From assembly GCA_038324115.1 (NCBI GenBank), contig JBBQHQ010000001.1, forward strand, positions 3,280 through 67,279: a stretch of 64,000 nt of DNA. Reading direction: 5' to 3'. The position numbers were made by a program, and so were the translations under genes. The stretch's first letter is position 1; each line of letters opens with the position of its first letter. The notes under the pieces were generated by a model. It ran no database searches and had not been told where the DNA came from. It saw only the letters and a list, made by a program, of their open reading frames with translations. This document shows, one piece after another, positions 45,200-54,867 of the stretch. This DNA comes from Gaiellales bacterium. Lineage in GTDB: Bacteria > Actinomycetota > Thermoleophilia > Gaiellales > Gaiellaceae.

Positions 45200-46582
45200 T
45201 CAGCCCGGCTCGATGTTCTGGTTCAGCCGGAAGAGGTTCTCGGGGTCGAACTGCCGCTTCAGCGCCCGCAGCCGCTCGTACTTCGCGGCACCGTAGGCGT
45301 CCCGGACGCGATCGGCTCCCTCGTCGCCGAGGAAGTTGACATAGACGCCCTGATGCCACGGCTCGAGCGCCGACCAGAAGCCACGCACCCACTCCACCTC
45401 GGCGTCGAACCCCTCGGCGGTCTCCGTGCAGGCACCGATGTTGTAGGTGAAGCCCGCCCCGCGGCCGCTGAACGCGGTCTCGTCCTCGCCGACCCGGGCG
45501 ACCGCGCCCCCCATCTGCCAGATCGGAAACGAGGTCAGCGGAGAGTCGATCGCAAGCGAGCGCTCGACGGTGACGTCGATGATCTCGTCGGTCAGCTCGG
45601 GAATGTCGCAGCTCTTGAAGTAGTAGAAGCGGCCCGCGGGGAAGCTCGGGTCGAGCATCGCCTGGTGCGCGACGAAGGGCTTCTGGACGCATCCGTCGAA
45701 GACGGGCGAGCCGAACTCGCGCAAGGGCTTCAGGAACCGCTCCCCCTCCCCGGCGTCGCCGATCCAGCAGGGGATCACCATCACGACCGGCTGCCCGTGC
45801 AGTTCGGCAGGGATGAAGGGCAGCGGCGGCGCCTTGCGGTGGACGACGATCGTCATCAGCTCGTCGGGCGCGTCCGCGACCCAGTCGCGGTAGAAGCGGA
45901 GGACGTCGCCGGACTGGGTCATCGGCCAGATCAACGGGCCGGCGAGCACCTGCGGCCCGAGCGGCACGCACTCGAACTCGAACTCGGTCACGATCCCGAA
46001 GTTGCCCCCGCCGCCGCGGAGGCCCCAGAAGAGCTCGGCGTTCTCCTCGGCGCTCGCGTGGACGAGCTCGCCGTCCGCCGTGACGAGGTCGACGGAGCGG
46101 AGGCGGTCGACCGAGAGCCCGTGTTTGCGCATGATCCAGCCGATCCCGCCGCCGAGCGTCAGCCCTGCCACGCCGGTGTGGGTGACGATTCCGGACGGGA
46201 CCGCGAGCGAGAACGCCTGCGTCTCGCGGTCGAGCTCGCCGAGGAGCACGCCGGCCTGGACGCGGGCCGTCCGCCGGATCGGATCAACGCGGATCCCTTT
46301 CAGGGGCGAAAGGTCGATCATGAGCGCGTCGTCGGCGACCGAGTGTCCCGGGAACGAGTGCCCCCCACTCCGGACGGCGATCGGCAGGCCGGAGGTGCGC
46401 CCGAGCTTGACGGCGGCGATCACGTCGGCGACGCCGGCACAGCGGACGATCACGGCGGGGCGCCGGTCGATCGAGCCGTTCCAGATCCGGCGCAGACTGT
46501 CGTAGTCCGGGTCCGCCGCGCCCACGATCGCGCCGCGGAACTGGGTCTCGTCGAGCTCGATGGAGCTGAGAACCGAAGCCAT
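45200..46582 (-). CDS. FAD-binding oxidoreductase (FAD_binding_4/PCMH type) with a BBE-like C-terminus
   Basis: PAVIVRCAGVADVIAAVKLGRTSGLPIAVRSGGHS. C-terminal YVNF..YGAAKYERLRALKRQFDPENLFRLNQNI. Confidence 0.85.
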   Translation of the reverse strand: MASVLSSIELDETQFRGAIVGAADPDYDSLRRIWNGSIDRRPAVIVRCAGVADVIAAVKLGRTSGLPIAVRSGGHSFPGHSVADDALMIDLSPLKGIRVDPIRRTARVQAGVLLGELDRETQAFSLAVPSGIVTHTGVAGLTLGGGIGWIMRKHGLSVDRLRSVDLVTADGELVHASAEENAELFWGLRGGGGNFGIVTEFEFECVPLGPQVLAGPLIWPMTQSGDVLRFYRDWVADAPDELMTIVVHRKAPPLPFIPAELHGQPVVMVIPCWIGDAGEGERFLKPLREFGSPVFDGCVQKPFVAHQAMLDPSFPAGRFYYFKSCDIPELTDEIIDVTVERSLAIDSPLTSFPIWQMGGAVARVGEDETAFSGRGAGFTYNIGACTETAEGFDAEVEWVRGFWSALEPWHQGVYVNFLGDEGADRVRDAYGAAKYERLRALKRQFDPENLFRLNQNIEPG

Positions 46583-46644
46583 CAGTCTCAGAGCTTGCCA
46601 CAGGCGGCCCGGTCAGGGAAGGCCGGGTCTGACAGGATCGCGGC

Positions 46645-47367
46645 GTGTTCGACCACGTGACGATCCGGGTCGCCGACCGGGACGCCTCAGCGGCGTTCTA
46701 CGTGACCGTGCTGGCGGAGCTCGGGATCGAGCAGACGTACTCCGATCCCGAGCTGGCGGAATGGGACGAGTTCTCGCTCTCGCCGGCGAGCGCGGAGAAG
46801 CCCGCCACCCGCGGCCTCCACCTCGGCTTCTCGGCGCCCTCGCGCGAGCATGTCGACCGCTTCTGGCGCACAGGCGTGGACGCGGGCTACCGCAGCGACG
46901 GCGAGCCCGGCGTCAGGACGCTCTACCTTGAGGACTACTACGGCGCCTTCCTGCTGGATACCGACGGGAACAGCGCGGAGGCGGTTCACCACGGCGCCGT
47001 TCGCCGGGGAACGCTCGACCACCTCTGGATCCGGGTTGCGGACGTGGCCGCGTCACGGCGCTTCTACGAGGCCGCGGCTCCGTACGGCGGCTACCGGATT
47101 GGCGAGCCGCTGCCCGAGTACGCCTGGTTCGCCTGGGCGCCCGGCTCCTTCTCGGTCACGCTCGGGGAGCCGACCCGGAACGTGCACCTCGCGTTCGCCG
47201 TCGACACGAACGCCGAGGTGGACGACTTCTATCGGCAGCTGACGGAGGCCGGCTACCGCGACAACGGGCCTCCCGGCGAGCGGACCGAATATCACCCGGG
47301 CTACTACGGCGCCTTCGTGCTCGACCCCGACGGGAACAACGTCGAGGCGGTCTGCCACAACCGCTAG
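46645..47367 (+). CDS. Two-domain VOC (glyoxalase/bleomycin-resistance/dioxygenase) family protein
   Basis: Duplicated HV.IRV.D...S..FY modules, each ending DPDGN..E. Confidence 0.8.
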   Translation: MFDHVTIRVADRDASAAFYVTVLAELGIEQTYSDPELAEWDEFSLSPASAEKPATRGLHLGFSAPSREHVDRFWRTGVDAGYRSDGEPGVRTLYLEDYYGAFLLDTDGNSAEAVHHGAVRRGTLDHLWIRVADVAASRRFYEAAAPYGGYRIGEPLPEYAWFAWAPGSFSVTLGEPTRNVHLAFAVDTNAEVDDFYRQLTEAGYRDNGPPGERTEYHPGYYGAFVLDPDGNNVEAVCHNR

Positions 47368-47663
47368 GCGCTGAGCCGCTTGTAGAGCCGGTCGACGAGG
47401 TGCGGCATCGACTCCAGCCTGTCCGTGATCACGCGCAGCCGATACTCGCGGAAGTGCTCGGGCTCGACGGAGAGGGCCTCCGCGAGCCGCTCGACCACGT
47501 CCATCGAAGGGACGGGGCGGTTGCCGTGCACGAGGTGGTTCAGGTAGCCGGCCGAGAGCTGGGTCTTCGCCGCCAACCCCCGGTAGGTGAGCCCGGTGTC
47601 GGCCATCAGGCGCTCGATCGTGGGCCCGAACGGGTCGTCGCTGTAGCGCTTCCGTCGTGTCAT
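47364..47663 (-). CDS. XRE-family helix-turn-helix protein (99 aa)
   Basis: TYRGLAAKTQLSAGYLNHLVHGNRPVPSMDVVERLAEAL. ATGA overlap with the proS stop. Its stop overlaps the VOC stop in a CTAG. Confidence 0.75.
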   Translation of the reverse strand: MTRRKRYSDDPFGPTIERLMADTGLTYRGLAAKTQLSAGYLNHLVHGNRPVPSMDVVERLAEALSVEPEHFREYRLRVITDRLESMPHLVDRLYKRLSA

Positions 47664-49345
47664 CGATCTGCGACTACCCGTTTTTCCACCTCCAAACGCG
47701 CGACGCGCTCCTCGGCGCCGGTCTCGCGGAAGCGGAGGTCGACGGCCCCGTCCTCGAGCGTCTTCTTGCCCACCGTGATCCGGATCGGGCAGCCGATCAG
47801 ATCGGCGTCGGCGAACTTCTCGCCGGGCCGAAGCTCTCGATCGTCGAGAAGCACCTCGACGCCTGCGCCGGAGAGCGCTGCCGCAAGCTCGTCCCCGATC
47901 GCGACGAGCTCCGGGTTGTCCCAGCCGAGCACGACGAGGTGGACGTGGTAGGGCGCGATCGCTGCCGGCCAGACCATCCCGTCCTCTCCCCCGCGCTGCT
48001 CGACCGCGGCGGCGAGGACACGCCCCGGCCCGATCCCATAGGAGCCCATGACGATGGTCTTCTCGGTCCCGTCCTCGTCCAGGTACCTGGCGCCGAAGGC
48101 CTCCGAGTAGCGGGTGCCGAGCTTGAAGATGTGCCCGACCTCGATCGCCGTCTGGAAGCCGAGCCGCCCCCCGCAGACAGGGCAGGTGTCGCCCTCCTTG
48201 GGCTGGCGGATGTCGGCGAACTCGGCCTGGTAGTCGCGTCCGGCCTCAACGCCGCGTAGGTGCCAGCCGGTCCGGTTCGCGCCCGAGACGAACTGCCCCG
48301 AGCGCAGCGCTTCGTCCGCGAGCACCGGGCCGGCGAAGCCGACGGGTCCGAGCGAGCCGCCCTCGGCGCCGAAACCCGCCCGAATCTCTTCGTCAGTTGC
48401 CGGCCGGTAGTCGGAGCCGAGCACCGCTTGCAGCTTGGCCTCTTCGAGCCGGTCGTCCCCGCGGAGGAGTGCGAGCACGAGCGTCCCGTCGTCCTTCACC
48501 ACAGGCATCGCCTTCGTGGTCGTGGCGACGTCGATCGAGAGCAACTGCGCGAGCGCCTCGCAGGTGCGCGTCTCCGGCGTCTCGATCTCCTCGGGCGCGT
48601 CGAGTTCCGGCGGAACCTCGGACGGCCGCGGGATCCCCTGGGCGATCTCCAGGTCAGCCGCGTAGTCGCCGTTCTCGCAGGTCACGAGCGTGTTCTCGCC
48701 CGAGCCGGAAGGCGCCAGGTAGTCGAGCGACTCGCTCCCGCCCATCATCCCGCTCTCGGCCTGGACGCCGAACGTCTCGATCCCGCAGCGCTCGAAGATC
48801 CGCTCGTAGGCGCCCTTGTGCGCCTGGAAGCTGACGTCGAGCCCCGCCTCGTCGCGGTCGAACGAATACGAGTCCTTCATCACGAACTCGCGCACCCGGA
48901 GGAGCCCACCGCGCGGCCGGGGCTCGTCGCGATTCTTGGTCTGGAAGTGGTACCAGGACTGCGGCAGTTGCCGGTAGCTCTGAAGCTCGAGGGCGTGAAA
49001 GGTGAACGTCTCCTCGTGGGTGAGCGGCAGGACGAAGTCGCGCCCGTTGCGGTCTTCCAGCTTGAAGAGCTCGGGGATGCCGTAGCGGCCCGTCTTGATC
49101 CAGAACTCGGCGGGCGTGAGCACCGGCGCGGCCATCTCCTGCGCGCCGATCGCGTCCAGCTCCTCACGGACGATCTGCTCGACCTTGCGGTGGACGCGCC
49201 AGCCGAGCGGCAGGTACGTCCAGAGGCCTGCGCCAACCTGGCGGATGAAGCCGCCGCGGACGAGCAGCTTGTGCGAGAGCGCCTCGGCGTCGGCCGGCGC
49301 GTCGCGCAGGGTCGGAAGATGCAGCTGGGACGCGCGGTGGATCAT
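47660..49345 (-). CDS. proS: Proline--tRNA ligase (bacterial type with INS editing domain)
   Basis: MIHRASQLHLPTLRD..EALSHKLLVRGGFIRQ. Class II motifs. 561 aa. Confidence 0.95.
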   Translation of the reverse strand: MIHRASQLHLPTLRDAPADAEALSHKLLVRGGFIRQVGAGLWTYLPLGWRVHRKVEQIVREELDAIGAQEMAAPVLTPAEFWIKTGRYGIPELFKLEDRNGRDFVLPLTHEETFTFHALELQSYRQLPQSWYHFQTKNRDEPRPRGGLLRVREFVMKDSYSFDRDEAGLDVSFQAHKGAYERIFERCGIETFGVQAESGMMGGSESLDYLAPSGSGENTLVTCENGDYAADLEIAQGIPRPSEVPPELDAPEEIETPETRTCEALAQLLSIDVATTTKAMPVVKDDGTLVLALLRGDDRLEEAKLQAVLGSDYRPATDEEIRAGFGAEGGSLGPVGFAGPVLADEALRSGQFVSGANRTGWHLRGVEAGRDYQAEFADIRQPKEGDTCPVCGGRLGFQTAIEVGHIFKLGTRYSEAFGARYLDEDGTEKTIVMGSYGIGPGRVLAAAVEQRGGEDGMVWPAAIAPYHVHLVVLGWDNPELVAIGDELAAALSGAGVEVLLDDRELRPGEKFADADLIGCPIRITVGKKTLEDGAVDLRFRETGAEERVARLEVEKRVVADR

Positions 49346-49367
49346 CGCGAGAGACTAGTCGAGCGAC

Positions 49368-49434
49368 GGCCGCCGGAGGCGGCCCTTTAGGGGTCTTGGC
49401 GCGGATCGGGGTCTGCTCCTGCAGATCCCGATCC
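49368..49434. repeat. Copy B of the hairpin-core-hairpin element (core CCCTTTAGGGGTCTTGGCG at 49383-49401)
   Basis: GGCCGCC-GGA-GGCGGCC (49368-49384), then the core, then a 14-bp stem GGATCGGGGTCTGC-TCCT-GCAGATCCCGATCC (49403-49434, one G-T pair on the plus strand). Confidence 0.7.
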
Positions 49435-50574
49435 TGCTTGCGCCCCGAGAGGGATGAGCGAGGCTTCGGCCATCGCGAGCGCGGCGGGCTTCGCCATCTT
49501 GAGGCGCTTGGGCCGCTTCATCCCCGCCTCGAGCCAGCGGTCGATCTCGAAGAAGAGCTCGTCGATCAGGATGTCGGAGCTGACTTTCTTGAGGACGCGG
49601 CCGTGGGCGTAGATGAAGCCGACGTCGCGACCGCCGGCGATCCCGAAATCGGCGTCGCCCGCCTCCCCCGGTCCGTTCACCGCGCAGCCCATCACCGCAA
49701 CCTCGAAGGCCTGCGGGTACGCCTTAAGGCGCTCCTCGACGACGATGGCGAGCTTCTCGACGCCGACGTTGTCGCGGCCGCACGAGGGGCAGGAGATCAT
49801 CACCGGGCCGCGCTCGCGGAGGCCGAGAGCCTTGAGGATCTCGAAGGCGGTCTCGATCTCCTTGACGGGGTCCGCGGTCAGCGAGACGCGGATGGTGTCG
49901 CCGATCCCGTCCGCGAGCAGCGCCCCCATCCCGACGGCGCTCTTGATCGAGCCTGAGAAGGGTGTCCCCGCCTCGGTGACGCCGAGGTGGAGCGGGTACG
50001 GAACCTTCGCGGCGAGCATCCGGTAGGCCCGGATCATCGTCGGGACGTGGCTCGACTTGACCGAGATCTTGAAGTCGCGAAAGTCGAGCTTCTCGAGCAG
50101 CTCCACCTCCTCGATCGCGGCGGCGACGAGTGCCTCCGCCTGGTCGGCCTGAGCGAGCTCGTCGAGGTGCTTGGGCAGCGAGCCGGAGTTGGCGCCGATC
50201 CGCATCGGGATCCCGGCCTTCTTCGCCGCCTCGACGACGAGCGCGACCTTGTCGGGGCCGCCGATGTTGCCGGGATTGATCCGGACGGCGGCGACGCCGG
50301 CGTCGATCGCCTTGAGCGCGAGGGAGGCGTTGAAGTGGATGTCGGCGATCACCGGGATCGGCGAAAACCGGACGATGCGCTTCAGGGCCTCAGCGTCCTC
50401 GAGCTTCGGGACCGCACAGCGAACGACCTCGCAGCCGGCTGAGGCGAGCGCGGCGATCTGCGCGGTCGTCGCCTCGACGTCGCGCGTGGGAGTCAGGGTC
50501 ATCGACTGGACGACGACGGGTGCGCCGCCGCCGATTGCGACTCCTCCGACCTTGATCTGCACCTCCGACGCCAT
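49387..50574 (-). CDS. ispG: 4-hydroxy-3-methylbut-2-en-1-yl diphosphate synthase
   Basis: ATG at 50574 gives MASEVQIKVGG. VVQSMT, ADIHF, RINPGNIG, CPSCGR, VMGCAVNGPGE. The last ~17 codons run through repeat copy B. Confidence 0.9.
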   Translation of the reverse strand: MASEVQIKVGGVAIGGGAPVVVQSMTLTPTRDVEATTAQIAALASAGCEVVRCAVPKLEDAEALKRIVRFSPIPVIADIHFNASLALKAIDAGVAAVRINPGNIGGPDKVALVVEAAKKAGIPMRIGANSGSLPKHLDELAQADQAEALVAAAIEEVELLEKLDFRDFKISVKSSHVPTMIRAYRMLAAKVPYPLHLGVTEAGTPFSGSIKSAVGMGALLADGIGDTIRVSLTADPVKEIETAFEILKALGLRERGPVMISCPSCGRDNVGVEKLAIVVEERLKAYPQAFEVAVMGCAVNGPGEAGDADFGIAGGRDVGFIYAHGRVLKKVSSDILIDELFFEIDRWLEAGMKRPKRLKMAKPAALAMAEASLIPLGAQAGSGSAGADPDPRQDP

Positions 50575-50597
50575 CCCCGACAGGGTACCCGGGCGGA

Positions 50598-51812
50598 CTA
50601 GCCGCCCAGGCGGCCGATGTCGTTCGTCAAGCCGATCATGAAGAGCAGGAGGACGAGCGCGATCCCGACGACCGAGACCCGCTCGTAGACCTCCCGGGCG
50701 ACCGCCTTGCCGCGGATCCCCTCGATCAGCGAGAACGTGATGTGACCGCCGTCGAGCGGCAGGAGCGGGAGCAGGTTCAGGAGCGCGAGCGAGAGGCTGA
50801 TCAGGCCGAGCACCCAGAGGTAGTCCTCCGCACCCCGGTCGACCGCCTGCGAGGAGCCCTGGACGATCCCGACCGGGCTGGAGATCTCGCTCCGGCCCGA
50901 GCCCGTGACGAGCCGGCCGAGCGACTTGCCGATCTCCTTCGTCACGATCCCGGTGACCCGGACGGCCTGCCACGACGACTCGACGGCGCCGAGCGGCTCG
51001 CCGCGGAGGGCGAAGCCGAGCCGGTAGACGTCCTCGCGCAGCTCGGGCCGAACGGGCCCGAGGGTGACGCGGCGGCCGTCGCGGACGACCTCGACGGTGA
51101 GCGGGCTGCCCTTCGAGCCGGAGATCTGCGCCGGGATGTCGGCGGGCTCGGTCACGGTCGCGCTGCCGATACCGACGATCCGGTCGCCGGGCTGGAGCCC
51201 CGCCTGGAGCGCGGGCGAGTCGGGCAGGACGCTGCCGACGACCTGAGTCGCGCGTCCCCCGCCCGCCATGAACAGTCCTGCGAAGAGCGCGATCGCGAGG
51301 AGCAGGTTGGCGCCCGGGCCGGCGACGATCACGGCGACTCGCTTCCATGTACGTGCCCGCCAATAGGCATCCGGGGCGAGCGCGTCCGCCACCTCGACGC
51401 CGCCGCGTTCGGCCGCCTTCCGCGCGACGGGGCTGAGATCCGCGATCTCGAGGCGGTGCCGGAGCGACGCGATCGTCGGCCGCGCCGCGTCGTAGTCCTC
51501 GGCCTCGAGCTCGCGGCGCAGCTCCTCGACGGGCGCGCGCAGGTCACGCTCCTCCGCGACCGCCCGCCCGAAGTGCGCGTCGAGGTCACCCGCGGCCGGA
51601 CGGTGCATCCCCGGGATCTTCACGTAGCCGCCGAGCGGGATCGCCCCGATCCCGTACTCGATCCCGTTCCGCTGGGTCTTCGCGAGCGCGGGCGGGAAGC
51701 CGATGTAGAACTTGCGCGGGTTCATCCCGACGGCGCGGGCGACGAGGAAATGGCCCCCTTCGTGGATCAGGATCAGGAGGCCGAGCCCGACGATCGAGAT
51801 CAAGATGCTCAT
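50598..51812 (-). CDS. rseP: M50 site-2 zinc metalloprotease (RseP/Rip1-like) with a PDZ domain
   Basis: HEGGHFLVAR (HExxH), a PDZ-like central region and C-terminal NLLPLLPLDGGH. Confidence 0.85.
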   Translation of the reverse strand: MSILISIVGLGLLILIHEGGHFLVARAVGMNPRKFYIGFPPALAKTQRNGIEYGIGAIPLGGYVKIPGMHRPAAGDLDAHFGRAVAEERDLRAPVEELRRELEAEDYDAARPTIASLRHRLEIADLSPVARKAAERGGVEVADALAPDAYWRARTWKRVAVIVAGPGANLLLAIALFAGLFMAGGGRATQVVGSVLPDSPALQAGLQPGDRIVGIGSATVTEPADIPAQISGSKGSPLTVEVVRDGRRVTLGPVRPELREDVYRLGFALRGEPLGAVESSWQAVRVTGIVTKEIGKSLGRLVTGSGRSEISSPVGIVQGSSQAVDRGAEDYLWVLGLISLSLALLNLLPLLPLDGGHITFSLIEGIRGKAVAREVYERVSVVGIALVLLLFMIGLTNDIGRLGG

Positions 51813-51876
51813 GCCCGCTCCAGCGCCGGCAGAGCCAACGCTTCCGCTCCTGACAGCTCCGTCGAGCCTACGCTGT

Positions 51877-52953
51877 TCATGCGACGCTCCGGCTCGCGGA
51901 GGCGGCGCGGCGAGCCCGGGCGTCGGCCTCGATCAGCTCGTCGAGGTCGCGGGCGGGGGCTCCGTCCACGGCGGCGAGCGCGTCGGCGACGATCTCGGCG
52001 ATCTCCAGAAAGCCGACCCGACCCTCCAGGAACGCGGCGACCGCGACCTCGTTGGCGGCGTTGAAGGCACATGGCAGCGTCCCGCCCGCCTCCCCCGCCG
52101 TGCGCGCAAGCGCAAGGAGCGGGAACGTCTCCAGGTCGGGCGCCGAGAACTCGAGCGTCAACCCCGACGCGAGATCGAGCGCCGGCACAGGGGTCGCCGG
52201 GCGATCGGGATAGCCGAGCGCAAAGGAGATCGGGACGCGCATGTCGGGCAGGCCGAGATGCGCGAGCGCGGCCCCGTCCCGGAAACGCACGAGGGAGTGG
52301 ACGACAGACGTCGGATGGACGACGACCTCGATCCGGTCGTACGGGATGGCGAAGAGGTAGTGGGCCTCGATCAGCTCGAGCCCCTTGTTCGCGAGCGTCG
52401 CCGAGTCGACGGTGATCTTCGGGCCCATGCTCCACGTCGGGTGGGCCAGAGCGTCCTCGACGCTCACCTCCGCCAGTTCGTCGCGCGTGCGGCCTCGGAA
52501 CGGCCCGCCGGATGCGGTCAGGACGAGCGAATCGACGGAATCGGCGTCACGGCCCTCGAGGCACTGGAAGAGCGCGGAGTGCTCGGAGTCGACCGGGAGC
52601 AGCAGGCCGCCGCCGCGCCGCTGTGCGGCCAGGGCAAGCTCCCCTGCGGCGACGAGGCTCTCCTTGTTCGCGAGCGCCAGCGTGAGGCCGCGCTCCAGCG
52701 TCCAGAGCGTCGCGCCGATCCCCGCGAAGCCGACGACGGCGTTGAGGACGACGTCGGGCTCGGCCCGCTCGAGCAGCTCGGTCAGATCTCCCCCGGTCTG
52801 CACGTGCTCGACACCGTGGGCCGCGGCGAGTTGCGTCAGGTCGCTCGAGCCGGACGCGATCGCACAGAGCTCGAGCTCGGACGACGCCTCGACGACTTCG
52901 ATCGCCTGTCGGCCGATCGAGCCGGTTGCACCCAGAAGAGCGATCCGCCGCAT
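51877..52953 (-). CDS. dxr: 1-deoxy-D-xylulose 5-phosphate reductoisomerase
   Basis: IALLGATGSIG, LANKESLV, PVDSEHSA, HPTWSMG. Confidence 0.9.
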   Translation of the reverse strand: MRRIALLGATGSIGRQAIEVVEASSELELCAIASGSSDLTQLAAAHGVEHVQTGGDLTELLERAEPDVVLNAVVGFAGIGATLWTLERGLTLALANKESLVAAGELALAAQRRGGGLLLPVDSEHSALFQCLEGRDADSVDSLVLTASGGPFRGRTRDELAEVSVEDALAHPTWSMGPKITVDSATLANKGLELIEAHYLFAIPYDRIEVVVHPTSVVHSLVRFRDGAALAHLGLPDMRVPISFALGYPDRPATPVPALDLASGLTLEFSAPDLETFPLLALARTAGEAGGTLPCAFNAANEVAVAAFLEGRVGFLEIAEIVADALAAVDGAPARDLDELIEADARARRAASASRSVA

Positions 52954-53003
52954 CGGAACAGTCTAGGGAGGGTCGGTGGGGTGTCGCGCCGCCCGGCGCC
53001 GCC

Positions 53004-53330
53004 TCAGGGCGCCTGGTTTCCCGGGCCGCGCGCGTTCCGGGCCGCGATCGCCGCCAGACAGCCGCGGCGGGCGTTCGCGGCGCTCTCCTTCGAGGTGCTT
53101 CCCACCGCCGAGGCCGTCGCGTTCGCGACCGCTTCGGACGTCGCGTCCTTGACGCCGTAGCGCTCCGCCACGTACTCGACCGAGCCGATCGAGCAGATCG
53201 CGTAGGCGCCGCGGTACGCGACCGGCTGCTCGTTCAACGGCACGATCGGCGTGGCGTCGTCCCCGCCGCAGCCACCGAGCACGAGCAGGGCCAGCGCCAG
53301 CGCGAGAAGCGCCAGGGCGAGCGCACGCAT
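53004..53330 (-). CDS. Hypothetical lipoprotein (108 aa)
   Basis: MRALALALLALALALLVLGGCGG signal/lipobox. High GC3. Confidence 0.6.
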   Translation of the reverse strand: MRALALALLALALALLVLGGCGGDDATPIVPLNEQPVAYRGAYAICSIGSVEYVAERYGVKDATSEAVANATASAVGSTSKESAANARRGCLAAIAARNARGPGNQAP

Positions 53331-53334
53331 CGGG

Positions 53335-54132
53335 CTAGGCCTGACCGAAGGCCAGCACGACGTAGAACGCCGCCACGACGGCGAAAAGGTGGGCGTCGAT
53401 CCGGTCGAGCATCCCGCCGTGGCCGCCGAGCAGCCGGCCGGAGTCCTTGACGTCGAGGTCGCGCTTGAGCGCCGACTCGAACAGGTCGCCCGCCGCGCCG
53501 GCGAGCGCGATCGTGCCGCCGAGGATCACCGAGCGCCAGCCCTCCATGAAGCCGGTGTCGTAGAGGGCGAAGAAGGCGACGGCGATCGCGACCGCGGTCC
53601 CGGCCAGGAAGCCCTCCCACGTCTTCGCCGGCGAGAGTGCCGGCGCCAGCTTGTGCCGGCCGAGCAGGCGCCCGGCGCCGTAGGCGGCCGTGTCGTCCGC
53701 GAAGACCGCGAGCAGGACGGTGAACGCCGCGAGCTCGCCGTTCTCGGGGATCCCTCGCAGGAGCGCCAGGTGACCGAGCCCGAGCGCGATCCAGGCGACC
53801 GGCATCACGGTCGCGCTGATCGTCACCGTCGCCGTCTGCCGCGTCTCCGCGATCCCGTAGAGCACGAACGCCAGAAAGAACGTGAGCATGAAGCCACCGA
53901 GCATCCAGTCGATCCCGCCCTGCTCCGCGCCGACGAGCGTCGTCATCGCGCCGGCATACCCGGCCAGGACGAGCGGGCGCAGCGAGCGCGCCATCGCGTA
54001 GAGCTCGTGCAGCGCGATCAGCGCGGCGACGAGGAGCAGGCCGAGCAGCCACCAGCCGCCGAGATGCACGAGGACGAGCAGGATCGGCAGCCCGACGACC
54101 GTGACGAGCACCCGCGAGAGGAGCTGGTTCAT
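53335..54132 (-). CDS. cdsA: Phosphatidate cytidylyltransferase
   Basis: Multi-TM. C-terminal signature SALKRDLDVKDSGRLLGGHGGMLDRID. Confidence 0.85.
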   Translation of the reverse strand: MNQLLSRVLVTVVGLPILLVLVHLGGWWLLGLLLVAALIALHELYAMARSLRPLVLAGYAGAMTTLVGAEQGGIDWMLGGFMLTFFLAFVLYGIAETRQTATVTISATVMPVAWIALGLGHLALLRGIPENGELAAFTVLLAVFADDTAAYGAGRLLGRHKLAPALSPAKTWEGFLAGTAVAIAVAFFALYDTGFMEGWRSVILGGTIALAGAAGDLFESALKRDLDVKDSGRLLGGHGGMLDRIDAHLFAVVAAFYVVLAFGQA

Positions 54133-54839
54133 CTCCCTCCGAAACGCCGCTGCCGGCTCGCGTACTGGCCGAGCGCCTCGCGCAGCTCCGCCTCGCCGAA
54201 GTCGGGCCAGAGCGTGTCCACGAAGACGAGCTCGGCGTAGGCGAGCTGCCAGAGGAGGAAGTTGGAGAGGCGCAGCTCGCCGGAGGTGCGGATGAGCAGG
54301 TCGGGGTCCGGCAGGCCCGGAGCCGAGAGCCGCGAGGCGACCGCGTTCTCGTCGATCTCGCCTGCCGGGACACCGTCCTCCACGAGTCGCCGGGCCGCCT
54401 CCACGAGCTCGTCCCGGCCGCCGTAGTCGAAGGCGATCCAGAGGTCGAGGGTGTCGTTCGCGGCCGTGTGAGCCTCCAGGCCCTCCATCTGCGCCCGCAG
54501 CGACTCCGGGGCGCGGTCGCGGCGCCCGAAGAAGCGCGTGCGCACGCCCTGCTCGGCGAGATCGGGGAGCTCACGCTCGATCGTCTCCGCGAAGATCTCC
54601 ATCAGGTCGTCCACCTCGCCGACGGGGCGCGACCAGTTCTCGGTCGAGAAGGCGTAGACGGCGAGCGAGCGGACGCCGAGGTCGATCGCCGCCTCGACGG
54701 TGCGCCGGAGCGCACGCGTCCCGGCCCGGTGGCCGTCGGCGACGGGCCGCCCGTGCGCCTCCGCCCAGCGGCCGTTCCCGTCCATGATGATCGCGACGCT
54801 TCGGGCCTCGCCCGTCGCGCTCAGCTGTCCGGCCTCCAC
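54129..54839 (-). CDS. uppS: Isoprenyl transferase (undecaprenyl/decaprenyl diphosphate synthase family)
   Basis: IIMDGNGRWA, FSTENWSRP, RTSGELRLSNFLLWQ. Confidence 0.9.
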   Translation of the reverse strand: MEAGQLSATGEARSVAIIMDGNGRWAEAHGRPVADGHRAGTRALRRTVEAAIDLGVRSLAVYAFSTENWSRPVGEVDDLMEIFAETIERELPDLAEQGVRTRFFGRRDRAPESLRAQMEGLEAHTAANDTLDLWIAFDYGGRDELVEAARRLVEDGVPAGEIDENAVASRLSAPGLPDPDLLIRTSGELRLSNFLLWQLAYAELVFVDTLWPDFGEAELREALGQYASRQRRFGGR

Positions 54840-54867
54840 GACGTCAGAGGTTCGATCCCGAGGGATC

